A stretch of 63,396 nucleotides of DNA, filler included, from Octopus bimaculoides (GCF_001194135.2; 10 parts of 9 records of this genome joined end to end with filler, not necessarily neighbours in it), one strand, 5' to 3'; counted from the whole stretch's first letter, positions 36,771 through 48,643 are shown. Translations and numbers: made by a program. Notes: generated by a model from the sequence alone, not told the origin.

Positions 36771-37440
36771 AAAAATTATTTGATTTTAATTTACAAAGTA
36801 ACATTATAATTAAAAAAGGTACCATCATTTTGTTAAAATATTGACACACTAGAATACTTAAGAAATGAGAGCCAGAAGTACCAATATAACTAAAGTTTTA
36901 TGCAAAGTAGAATAGTATATGTGGTAGGCAAATTCATTATGTAAAAAATAGGCTTTGGATCAAGACTAAAAATGTGAAGACTTGGCACTAGCTTAGGCAA
37001 TAACTCAAGCAAATTTTACTGTGAATTCTTTGTTATCGGTAGATTTTACAGTAATATATAATTAATTTTTGTATTATTCTATTTATTGTACCAATTGTGT
37101 ACTACTATTATTTTTTATAACCTATTTTCAAATTTCTAATTATTAATTAATAATTTTAAAAAATGAATTTTTTAAAGAGCAAAAAATATTTTTAGTTATT
37201 TTTTATTTTTAATAGAAGTAACAAGTAATAACAAATAGAAGTAATAACTTGTAATAAAATTTTTAGTTTTAATAAAAGGTAATATCTTAAGTAAGAATTT
37301 TCTGTACTTTACGAGATGTAATACCTTGTCCTGAACATTTTCAAGTGTAATAACTTGTCCTGTACTTTTCCAGGTTTATAATCTTAAGAATATTATTTCT
37401 GTTGCATTTTTCCATGTAATGTATGTGTGTGTATGTGTTA

Positions 37441-37976
37441 TATCATCATCATCATCGTTTAATGTCCGCTTTCCATGCTAGCATGGGTTAAATGATTTGA
37501 CTGATGACTGGCGAACCAGATAGCTACGCCAGGCTCCAATATGATTTGGCAGAGTTTCTACAGTCGGATGCCCTTCCTAACGCCAACCACTCCGAGAGTG
37601 TAGTGAGTGCTTTTACGTGCCACCGGCACGAAGGCCAGTCACACGGTACTGGCAACAGCCACGCTCAAAATGGTGTATTTTATGTGCCACCTGCACAGGA
37701 GCCCGTCCAGCGGTACTGGCAACAAACTCGTTCGAATATCTATTCACGTGCCACTGGCACAAGTGCCAAGAAAGCAACACTGATAACGATTACGCTCAAA
37801 TGGTGCTATTTACGTGCCACTGGTGCAGAAGTCAGACCACTGCTCTGGCAACGATCACACTCAGACGGTGCTGTTAGTACTCCATTGGTACAGGTGTCAT
37901 CACGATTTCGCTTTCACTTGCCCCAACAGGTCTTCGCAAGCCGAGTTTAGTGTCCACTGAAGGAAAGGTACGCATA
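37441..37976 (-). mobile_element. RTE 3' UTR with (GAT)n tail
   Basis: Matches 1-317 and 31830-31992. Confidence 0.88.
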
Positions 37977-38523
37977 GAAAAGGCGTAGGTAAAAACTCTA
38001 TAAGATGTACCCAGTGCAAGCTATGGACACACAAGAGGTGCAGCAATATCAAAGGAAGGTTAACTAGGAAGTTAGTTTTTGTATGTGGCAGATGTTCAGG
38101 AGCTATAAACACTGAAAATGTGCAGAAAATGGAGAAAAATTTGACGTAGTTGATAGCTTCTACTATCTAGGTGACCAATTAGTAGTGGGGGAGGGTGCAC
38201 TAAAAGTGTAGCTGCTAGAATAAGAATAGCCTGGGCAAAGTTCAGAGTGCTCTCTCTCACTCAGAGTAAAAGACAAACTGTATGATACATGTGTACGAAC
38301 AGCCATGCTACATGGCAGTGAAACATGGGCCGTGACTGCTGAGGACATGCGTAAGCTCGCAAGGAATGAAGACAGTATGCTCCAATGGATGTGTAATGTC
38401 AGTGTGCATACTCAACAGAGTGTAAGTACCTTGAGAGAAAAGTTAGACCTAAGAAGCATCAGTTTTGGTGTGCAAGAGAGACGATTGCGCTGGTATGGTC
38501 ATGTGGCGAGAATGGATGAGGAT
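37975..38523 (+). mobile_element. RTE RT C-terminal segment with Cys/His cluster, inverted relative to the adjacent 3' UTR
   Basis: RKGVGKNSIRCTQCKLWTHKRCSNIKG..VCGRC, then YYLG and MLHGSETW..RRLRWYGHVARMDED. Confidence 0.9.
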
Positions 38524-38632
38524 NNNNNNNNNNNNNNNNNNNNNNNNNNNNNNNNNNNNNNNNNNNNTTAATTAATTAANNNNNNNNNNNNNNNNNNNNN
38601 NNNNNNNNNNNNNNNNNNNNNNNTATATATAT

Positions 38633-39090
38633 GAGGAGGCGCGTGGCTTAGTGGTTAGGGTATCATGATCCTAAGATTGTGGTTTCGATTCCTGGACCGG
38701 GCGACGCGTTGTGTTCTTGAGCAAACACTTCATTTCACGTTGCTCCAGTCCACTCAGCTGACAAAAATGAGTAACGCTACGATGGACTGGCGTCCTGTCT
38801 AGCTGGAGGACACATACGCCATTGAAAGCGGGAAACCTGTTGTACTCTTTCGCTCCAACTTTCTCTTACTATTTCTTCCTCTTTCTTGAGTAACGCTGTC
38901 TCTGTCGTGCCTGTAATTCAAAGGGTCAGCCTTGTCACACTGTGTCACGCTGAATATGTCCGAGAACTACGTTAAGGGTACACGTGTCTGTGGAGTGCTC
39001 AGCCACTTGCACGTTAATTTCACGAGCAGGCTGTTCCGTTGATCGGATCAACTGTAACCCTCGACATCGTAAGCGACGGAGTTCCAACAA
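38633..39090 (+). mobile_element. Chimeric SINE: family-B-type head (38633-38838) fused to family-C 3' half
   Basis: The head matches 42303-42480; the 3' part matches 58265-58495. Confidence 0.85.
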
Positions 39091-40379
39091 AGGCTTATCA
39101 TTAATAAACAATTTCAAGCTTTATCATTAATATACCAATATACAAGCTTCATCATTAATATACAAATATAAACTTTTTTATTAATCTACAAATATATAAG
39201 CTTTATCATTAATAAACGAACAACACTACATCGTTAGATTCTCCCCTCTCTCTGTTTATCCCTCGTTCTTTTTCTCTATCTACTAACTTACCGGGGCTTG
39301 GTTCCTCTTTCAAATTAAAATCAATTGTTGTTATAATTATCGATAAAATAATATGTTCGGTAAGTGAAGTAATTTAATATTTCGATGAATTCTATTGAAA
39401 TTTAATGATTTTAATATTTCGACGTTTTGAAAATTTCGAAAAAAAATTTCAAAAAAATAAAATAGCAATAAATTATTGTTCTATTATGATGTCTCTTAAT
39501 TACATTTTCCTTTGTTTTATACTTTTTTTTCCAAACAAGAAGGAAAATTGAAAGGAGAACTGAACAGTTTAGTAAATCATTGATTTTTATTGTCTTTTTT
39601 AACTGAATTTTTTTTTTAATATTATAAATATGACGTCAATATCTTCCCATTACCAACTAGATTTCCTTCCCGACATATTGTGTTTTTATAAAACAAAACT
39701 GCGTTACGGTATTTTCACTTCCTTAGCTCTACATTGTTTTATCAGACATCAACTCCGGTCTTAGAGATTGCTTCTTTTAATAGAAACTAGCTTTGAAGTG
39801 TAACGCTGCTGATGTTGCATTCTTTCGTTGCATTCTTTCGTTGCTTTGAGCTAAACGAAATCCACACCTGCCCCCAAGTCTGTGGAAAAACGACCATCGC
39901 CCGTGTGCAAGTGCAAACCTAACAGACTTCGAATACCATCTTCTATTTATTCCCGTCACCTCTTTTCCCATTGCCGCTGGGTTTGTAAAGAAAGTGTGAT
40001 GGTGTTGATGCTAGTAGCTAGTGTTTTGATTTGCTAAATAACCTCGGCAATGAATATTATTATTGCAGTCCTGGTTTCTGCTGGACCAGTTCCACTCTCA
40101 CGTCCCTCGAACTTGTATTGTTCTGGTACAAGTGCAATGAGCCGAATAGTTATCAAAGTTTAGGAGCTGTGTGAAGTTATCTTCCTTTAGACAAGTAGTA
40201 ATGAAGCTGAAGCGCCTTATTTTCCCCAGGTCCGTCAGAGTATATGTGAGTGAGCTCCTTCCGGATGCAGTTCCGTGACTTACTTTTTAACTCACAGCTG
40301 GGTCCCTGAAAAGTGTTACTACTTTGAGTTAGAATAGACCTGGGAATAATAATGGCAAAACCATGGAAGGTGGGAGACA

Positions 40380-41355
40380 AAGGGATTAAAGTCGATTAGA
40401 TCGACTCCACTACGCAGCTGGTACTTAATTTATCGACCCCGAAAAGATGAAAGGCAAAGTCGACCTCAGCGGAATTTGAACTTAGAACGTAAAAACAGAC
40501 GAAATACCGCTAAGCATTTCGCCTCACCTGGCGTGCTAACGTTCCTGCCAGCTCGCCGCCTTACAATAATAAAATGATCCTTTCCACAATTGGCACAAGG
40601 CCTGGAATTAGAGGAGAGGGTGAGGGTCGATATCATCGAACTCAGTACTGGACTGATACTAATTTATCGACCCCGACAGGATGAAAGGTAAAGTCGACCT
40701 TGGCGGATTTTAAACTCAGAGCGAAAAGGCGGACGGAATAGCACTGAGCATTTCGCCCGGCGTGCTAACAAATATGCCAATTCACTGCTTTATAATAATA
40801 TTTTCTATTATAGGCACAATACCTTAAGTTTTTTTGTGGGGAAGGGACTAGTCGATTACATGGACCCCAGAATTTCACTGGTACTTAATTTATTCACCCC
40901 GAAAGGATGAAAGGCAATGTCGNNNNNNNNNNGAACTTGAACTCAGAGCGTAGCGACGGGCAAAATCCCGCTAAGCACTTCGCCCGGAGTGCTAACGGTT
41001 CCGCCAGCTTGCCTCCTTCGCCGCTTTATAATAAAGTTATACAACCGTGTAGTGGACCGCTCGTTGATTCATTCCAAATATCCTTCTATACTCCAGGCAC
41101 GAGGCCAAAAATTTTGGAAGAGGGGGCCAGTCGATAAGATCGACCTTAGTACGCAGCTGGTACTTAATTTATCGACGATGAAAGGCAAAGTCGACCTCGG
41201 CGGAATTTGAACTCAGAACGTAAAGACAGACGAAATACCGCTAAGCATTTCGCCCGGCGTGCTAACGATTATGTCAGCTCGCCGCCTTTGCTGCTTTATA
41301 ATAATAAAATTATGCAACCGTGTAGGAGACCGCTCGTTGATTCATTCCAAATATC
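40380..41355 (-). mobile_element. Four co-oriented SINE family E copies
   Basis: Copies at about 40380-40563, 40577-40790, 40805-41025 and 41090-41290. A 55-bp spacer is repeated at 41029-41083 and 41300-41354. Confidence 0.9.
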
Positions 41356-41732
41356 AGCTAAATGCAGTATAATTCATGTGTTTGGCCACTGATTTGACTT
41401 AATGTAGGGAATTCTTCAGGTTACCAATATTAGCTAACCTTTATGTTTCCTTAGAAGCTGTCATATTTTCTAACCTTTAGCAATGTTTACCCTTAAAATT
41501 TCGTATAAACACAGGAGAATTGAAAATTGAATGTTTGAAATGCAATTCGTTAGCTTGTGTCATAGAATAAACCTTCTAGTTGGAGGCCATTTATTGGATT
41601 TTGGCAAAAACACATTGGTAATACAGTTATACAAACAGAAAACAAGAGATCTACACATCCAGAATGTTTTCAACGCTGCATCTTCAATAATACGACACTC
41701 TACAACGTAATCACAAACAACATAGCCGCATT

Positions 41733-41975
41733 CGTGGCTGTGTGGTTAAAAAGCTTGCTTCCTAACCGCATGGTTCTGGGTTCCGTCCCACCGTATTTGT
41801 GTGTGTGAGCGTGTGTGCGTCTGTCTGTTTGTCTGTTTATCTGCCTTTATCGTTGTGTCTTGATGTTTGTCTCCCACTACTGCTTGACAACCTGTGTTGG
41901 TGTGATTCCGTTCCCGTATTCTAGCGGTTCGGCAAAAGAGCCCAATAGAATAAACACCAGACTTTAAAAAAAAAA
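41733..41975 (+). mobile_element. SINE family A, internally deleted
   Basis: GTGGCTGTGTGGTTAAAAAGCTTGCTTCC head and TGCTTGACAACC..TAGCGGTTCGGCAAAAGAG tail. Confidence 0.8.
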
Positions 41976-42139
41976 AGACTAAAATCGATTGTATTGACTA
42001 ATGATTCAAACATTTGTGCCGCGCAAGTGATCAAACATTTGTGCTGCACATTTTCTCCCTCCTTCCATCAAATAGATGTTTCCTTAACAGGTACACCGTG
42101 TACTTCGAGGCAGGTGTCGAAAGGATCCCAGAGCAATGT

Positions 42140-42255
42140 GAGATGAAGTGATTGATTTTTTTTTTTTCAAGGACACAACGCAACACCCGGTCCAGGAACT
42201 GAAACCACGATCTCACGATCGAGAGTGCAACACCTTAACCACTAGCACATGCACT
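42140..42255 (-). mobile_element. SINE family B head
   Basis: TCAAGGACACAACGC..CCGGTCCAGGAA..GAAACCACGATC. Confidence 0.7.
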
Positions 42256-42302
42256 CTAGTTGAACTAGGTGTATGAATAATTTATCCCCCACAATCTCGC
42301 TA

Positions 42303-42555
42303 GGAGGAGGCGCGTGGTTTAGTGGTTCAGGTGTTGGACTCATGATCATAAGATTATAGTTGTTTCGATTCCTGGACCGAGCGATGCGTTGTGTTCTTGA
42401 GCAAAACCCTTCATTTCACGTTGCTTTAGTGCACTCAGCTGGCAAAAATGAGTAATCTAGTAACGGACCGGCGCCCGTCAAGGCAGGGTATATATACACC
42501 ATGAAAACAGGTAGCCGTTTCTTATGAGTTGGTATGACTCGAGAAGGTAACTTTA
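42303..42555 (+). mobile_element. SINE family B variant
   Basis: GGAGGCGCGTGGTTTAGTGG head and GTGTTCTTGAGCAAAAC core. Confidence 0.8.
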
Positions 42556-42783
42556 TTTTTTAAGAATCTCGCTAGCGTATCACCAGACTCATTGTTTTTA
42601 TGTCAGATTTATTGAAAGCCGCATCATAGTAGAATTACTGGAGAAGTGGTTCATTATTCTCAAAATGTCTCGGACCGAAGGATCTACATGTTACTGTTCT
42701 TCGCTGTTAGTTAAACAGATTGTAAGAGTGAATCTTGTCTCTTTTGCGTCCCTTGCTATCTTTTAGCTTGTATCTTTTACCTT

Positions 42784-43172
42784 TCCCTTGTTTCAATCAT
42801 TAGACTGCGGCCACACTGGGGCACCGCCTCGAAGAACTGTTTTATTCGAACGAATCGATCACAGTACATTTTTTAAAGCTTGGTATTTATTCTATCAGTC
42901 TCTTTCGTCGCACAAGTGAGCTATGGTGACGTAAACAAACCAACACCCGTTGTCGAGCGTGTAACGGGGATCAAACGCAAATGCAATCACACACAGACAC
43001 ACACACACACAGAGCTTTTATCAACTTCCGTCTACCAAATCCACCACTCACAAAGCTTTGGTCTACTCGAGGCTATAGCAGGAGACACTTGTCCGAGGTG
43101 CCATGCCGTGTGACTGAACCCGGAGTCATATGGTTGAGAAGAAAACTTTTTTGCGACTGGACCACGCCTGCA
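42784..43172 (-). mobile_element. SINE family A, degenerate full length
   Basis: Tail TTGTTTCAATCATTAGACTGCGGCC, central (CA)n, head CCGTCTACCAAATCC..GACACTTGTCCGAGGTGCC. Confidence 0.8.
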
Positions 43173-43689
43173 ACTATGTTGTTTGTAATTCCGATGTAAA
43201 GAATCTTATTATTATTGAAGTTACAGCGTTTAAAACGTTCAAGATGTGTAGATCTCAGTTTTCTGTTTGTATTACCGCATAACCAATGTGTTTTTGACAA
43301 AACTCGATAAATGACCTCCAGGGAGAAGTTATATTCTACGAGAAACTGGCGAATTTACATTTCAAAAACAATTTTCGTGTCTCGTGTGTTTATGAAACAT
43401 TTTAAGGGTAAACACGGCAAAGGTTAGAAAATGTGACAGCTTTAAAGGAAATATAAATGTTAGCTAATATTGGTGACCCGCAGATTTCTCTACGTTAAAT
43501 TACATCAGTAGCCGAACACATGAGCGATTTCCTTCCTTAATCGATACCGTCTGTTACTACATTCAGCTAACATTTGGAATGAATCAACGTGAGATCCACT
43601 GCCCAGTCGCATTGTTTTATTATTGCTAGAATTAGCAGCCAATCTCTACCTGATCATACTCTAACAACTCCTTAGGGACAAAGCCACAT

Positions 43690-44150
43690 TAGATGATGCG
43701 ATGACGTGGTGAAAGGTGTAATTGTCTACTTGGAAAAGATGGTCACTACAGGAAGGCTTTTAATAATGTAAGGTAAATTTTTGACCTGATGATCAGATAT
43801 GCAATGTAAGATGTCTTGGAAAATCGGAGAGCTCTCTGATGCTTTTGATTTCTTNNNNNNNNNNNNNNNNNNNNNNNNNNNNNNNNNNNNNNNNNNNNNN
43901 NNNNNNNNNNNNNNNNNNNNNNNNNNNNNNNNNNNNNNNNNNNNNNNNNNNNNNNNNNNNNNNNNNNNNNNNNNNNNNAGTGGTCATTGCTCATATATCT
44001 AAGAGTTGTGATCGAGGATATTTAGTGCATTATTGCACAACTGGCCAGAACTTGAATCTAAATTTTCTGAAACCTAAATCAAATACATTTATAACTTATA
44101 TACGTGATATTCTGTACGCTGATCACTGTTTTTCACAATGCCTGTGCGTG
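43690..44150 (+). mobile_element. Very degraded RTE/BovB-like RT fragment
   Basis: KAFNNV, GELSDAFD and YIRDILYAD(H) resemble RT motifs KAFD and LLYADD with a BovB-like insert. Confidence 0.55.
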
Positions 44151-44320
44151 TTCGTCACTGAGCAGAAAAATGAGTTCGAAACATTGTGTCTGGCGAACTG
44201 CTAACGATAATCTAAGCGAACTTTATTTTTTTCTTTCTTTTTTTTTTTCTAACACACACAAGTCTTTATAGGAAGTTTTACTGAAACAAAATGTTAAATA
44301 GTACAAGGAGTGCATAAATT

Positions 44321-44357
<37 letters not shown>

Positions 44358-44862
44358 ATACATACGCATATGTATATAGCTATGTATATATGCGTGTGTG
44401 GTTATAGGCAAAGGGTGACAATAGTGACTCAATGTCTAAGAGCTTCGTACTTGATACTTATCACTGCGATCAGGGATACACGAAGCTCTTGGACGTTTCA
44501 TCGTGTCTGCCATCTTATACACGGTCACACAGCCAACGACATATATAAACATATACATACGTACGTGGACATACATACAATATATTTATCTATGTGTATG
44601 TATATATATATATATATATACAGGTATATATAAATCCATACATATATACATACAAACACATCACATGCATATATACATAAATATATATATATATATGTGT
44701 ATATATATATAGATACATATATATACATACATGCATATATTCATAAACATATGTATGTGTGTGCGTATTCATACATCTACATATATACATCTTTACAACC
44801 AACATTCATTTGTCCGTGCGTATATCTATATATATAAATACATGTGTATAAATATATACATG

Positions 44863-44900
<38 letters not shown>

Positions 44901-45529
44901 AACTTGTGTAGTACAAACACATACACACTGACGCACACATTTACATCTATATACCTATCTAAACGAGTGTATATTGTGAACAGTTATGGGTGTGAGTGAG
45001 TTTATGCGATCGCGTTTTTGTGAGTAGTGTGTATGCGCGCGCTTATCCATCTGTAAGCTGTTCTTTCGGAATCACATGATAATAAACTTAATTATAACAA
45101 GCTCTCTTTTTTTTTTTTTTTTTTTTTTGTTCTTCCATAATAAGGATGAAAGTAATGACTGCTGGCAGAAAATTGTTTGAAAAACTAAGACAATAATCCA
45201 ATATAAAAGAACAAACCTAACAAGAGCGACAGCAACAGTGTTGATAATAGCAACAACCACGATTGCGAAAGGGGAAGCAAAAATACAAATTAAATTTATT
45301 TAAAATTTGTAAATCATGAAGAGGTGAACAAGAGCTAAATGGGTAATTAACAAAAATTTGGAAAAGAAACTACAACAGCAGGGCCATGTATGAATAGAGA
45401 TGTAGTTGCACTAATAAATTGTTGAATATCTAATTTAAGAAATAAGAAATAAGATCACTGGCATCAAAAAGGTTGACACCTGCAGCGCTCAAGGTGTTGA
45501 GATGTGAAGAAATGCAAGAGATTGTGTGC

Positions 45530-45570
<41 letters not shown>

Positions 45571-45572
<2 letters not shown>

Positions 45573-46112
45573 GATGCAGTACCAGGCAGTGGCTCTCATG
45601 GCTTCTGATCTTAATTGATTGGGAGTGTTATCATGTACATTGTTTTGTCTTGGTATAAAAAGATGGGCTACAGCAAATATTCTGCTTAATACCACAGATT
45701 TGCTTGTCAGTTGTTTGACCTTAACCAGTTGAGAATGTCCCTTAGTGGCTGACAATATGTGCATCTCTGATCATGAGCAGTGGGGAAGCGTCATAGCCAT
45801 GTGTTGAGAGGAATTTTGGTGGGTTTGAATAATTCACCACTGGAAACATGGGTGTTTTGCTCAACATCCTTAAACAAACATTATTCAGGGATCTTTTGAG
45901 CAGGATGGGCTACTCGACCTGAAGAAAATTCTAACTGGGCCCCGCCTGCGAGGTCATGCGCTGTTTATCTTGGTATGAGATCACCATGTCACGCACATAC
46001 GGTAGTGGTGCATGTGCCTAGTGTACCCTTATCAGACGGGTAGTCATGATGGGTATAATGGGCTCCGTATATTTGTACCCCAGTGTCACTTTGATGGCAT
46101 GTACTGCTCTCT
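45571..46112 (+). mobile_element. Non-coding element of about 540 bp inserted in (TAA)n (candidate non-autonomous R4/Dong partner or long 3' UTR)
   Basis: (AAT)n on both sides. No long ORF. Ends CTCTCTCACTCAAC-GATAATAAT. Confidence 0.55.
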
Positions 46113-46292
46113 CACTCAACGATAATAATAATAATAATAACAACAACAACAACAGCAAGAAGAAGAAGAAGAAGAAGAAGAAGAAGCAGAAGAAGAAAAA
46201 GAAGCAGAAGAAGAAGAAGAAGCAGAAGAAGAAAAAGAAGCAGAAGAAGAAGAAGAAGCAGAAGAAGAACAACAACAACAATGACGGCGATG

Positions 46293-46323
<31 letters not shown>

Positions 46324-46739
46324 AAGCAACAATCAAACAACCTCAACAAAATAAAAAAAAATTTTTTTATTATTTCTTAGCCACAAGGCGTTTTATGAAA
46401 ATGAGGCTCGTATTAAGAACGTTGACAATCGATATCTTCAAATTTGATATAAATTAATAATGCACAATAAAGCTATATTAAAAAAAAACATCAGTAAATA
46501 ATTGAAACAAAATATATAGGTTGGAAAGTGCTGTCATATTGGAAGATGAGAAACAAACAAAGGCTTCTTTGGTCTTAATTGATATATTTAATCAAGATAA
46601 TATTTTCACCATTAACATAATCCCATCTATTCAGTATATTGCTGATCCCCTGTACTTGACATTCTTCAGATCGCGAAGGAAAGAAGCACTCAATATCATT
46701 TTTAGGCTCTTCTTAATTAACAAACTGTTTTCCTTCTAA

Positions 46740-47147
46740 ATAAAGTTGCACTGATCTGAAAAGATGAATATCTCCGCCTCATCGTCTTCCAAGGACGTCC
46801 TTCCAGTATCAAAGCGCCCTTGCCACTCAAAACAATGCGTACGACCCATTGCCTCGTCATAGTACGGTTGCAAAAGTATGCTCCATGTTTCTGTAACAGG
46901 CTTCCCAAGGTTAGCAGAAGATTTCACTTGGGCTTTTTGTACCTGTCTGTGACAAACGTCACAGACTACAGAATATACATGATCACAAAAACACAGATTT
47001 CACAACTTGCGATAAAAAGACAGCAAAGTCACACGGTACACGGCCTCTCGAAGGTCACTACAAGCTCTCACTGCGTACACAGCTGTGTGCTGCCACCTGT
47101 TGGTGCGTTATAGAAGTAGTCCGGAATCTTTTTGATACACTCACACG
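46740..47147 (-). mobile_element. mariner 5' fragment
   Basis: NLGKPVTETWSILLQPYYDEAMGRTHCFEWQGRFDTGRTSLEDD. TIR-like GTGTATCAAAAAGATTCCGGACT. Confidence 0.8.
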
Positions 47148-47434
47148 CACATAAATTATAAAAGACAAGGAGTAATACTGAAGTCAAAATTTAAGCAGGT
47201 AACCGTCGTCAGTAAACAGAAAGTTCCCAGTCGCTATCACGCCTCTCCTTATAAAAGTTTACTAAACATGTACTGTACTAAAAGTATTAGATAACCCCTC
47301 TGTATAAAATTACAATATATATATATGTGTGTGTGCATGCATATATGTATGTATAAACTTTATATGAAAACATTCAGCGCGTGGAATCTCTCTCCCCCTC
47401 TCCCTCTCTCTCTCTGTCTCTCTCTCCGCCATGA

Positions 47435-47616
47435 TAGATCGCTAGCCACTACACATTTTTTTTCTCTCCTTGTTCCATCGTGTTCTTTTCTATGGAAGAG
47501 CATAGGCTCGAAACGTTAAAGACTTTTTCACTTCCGAGCGTTATACTAATACATCTGTATGTTTTCTACACCACCTGTCTTCGTCTCTTGTTTTGTTTTT
47601 TTTTGTGAATTCTCCC

Positions 47617-47620
<4 letters not shown>
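47435..47620 (+). mobile_element. Hammerhead-bearing repeat family H1 (motif at 47486-47521)
   Basis: TTTT-CTATGGA-A-GAGC(ATAG)GCTC-GAAACGT-T-AAAG. Flanks conserved with 54005-54185. Confidence 0.7.
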
Positions 47621-47650
<30 letters not shown>

Positions 47651-48124
47651 GGTAAAGTAAATGTTAGAGGTAATACTTGACAATTGTAAGCACCAGTGTA
47701 TGCCAGCTTAGATGTATCTTACTTGACTATCCAGATTTCCTCTTATTGTTTCTTAGATTACCCACCCCACCGATTTGACTCCTTTTATGTTTTACTTTAT
47801 CTTAGTTTTATTTTTGTATGAATATCTGTATTATTTTTTCTCCTTAGTATTTTATATTCCTATTTTATTTTATATTATTATTTCATTTTTGTTATGTTAT
47901 TTTATTGTATTGTTTTTAACCACCAACTTAACACTACACACTGAACTGTGGCAAGGTATGGACGGATTCCGGAGTACCGAGAAAATTATGTATAAATATA
48001 TCAAATTAAGAATTCTACGAGGTATAGTACAATGCAAAATACCAAACGGAACCTCACCTCTTATATCTCATCTTTCTTCCTCCTTTAACGCCTACGTGAT
48101 ATAATTCTTGGGAGAGAATACATT

Positions 48125-48193
48125 TGCGGCTGAAGATAGCTTTATATTGTCAATTATACACTGATGTATAAAGCTTGAAACACGTGTACCGCA
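48125..48193 (+). ncRNA. Type-I hammerhead ribozyme with long stems
   Basis: TGCGG-CTGAAGA-T-AGCTTTATA(20 nt)TATAAAGCT-T-GAA-ACACGTGT-A-CCGCA. GUA cleavage triplet; 5-bp stem I extendable by a wobble pair; 9-bp stem II; palindromic stem III. Confidence 0.75.
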
Positions 48194-48232
48194 GAATCCT
48201 TTGTGTTTTTGTATGTATATATGTATATATAC

Positions 48233-48273
<41 letters not shown>

Positions 48274-48570
48274 AAGTGAAAGACGGAGAGAGAGCGACAG
48301 GATGAGACAGACAGGCAGTGGGTGGGGAAAAGATGTGTGTATATCAGAATTAACATTACAACGCGCTAGAATTACGAGTTTCACCAGTAGGCTTCTTCCT
48401 TCTCTGCATACACAAAGCCTCCACCAATGATACTGAGGACAGACGAATCGTCTGATAAGAGAGACGCCAGCAACACAAGAAGACGGCGACGAGATGGAAC
48501 ACTGATTTAGACAACCAACATTTGTAATTCCATATATGTATCTCTCTCTCTCTCTATATATATATATGCA

Positions 48571-48643
<73 letters not shown>

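Noticed and set aside
39100-39220. Short AAGCTTTATCATTAATA tandem units
   Set aside because: Ordinary AT-rich minisatellite.
46112-46330. Poly-K/N/L ORFs and an 18/36-bp higher-order AAG repeat
   Set aside because: Trinucleotide microsatellite with slippage; no coding evidence.
48433-48460. CTGAGGA followed by a 6-bp hairpin
   Set aside because: No GAAA, stem III or stem I.
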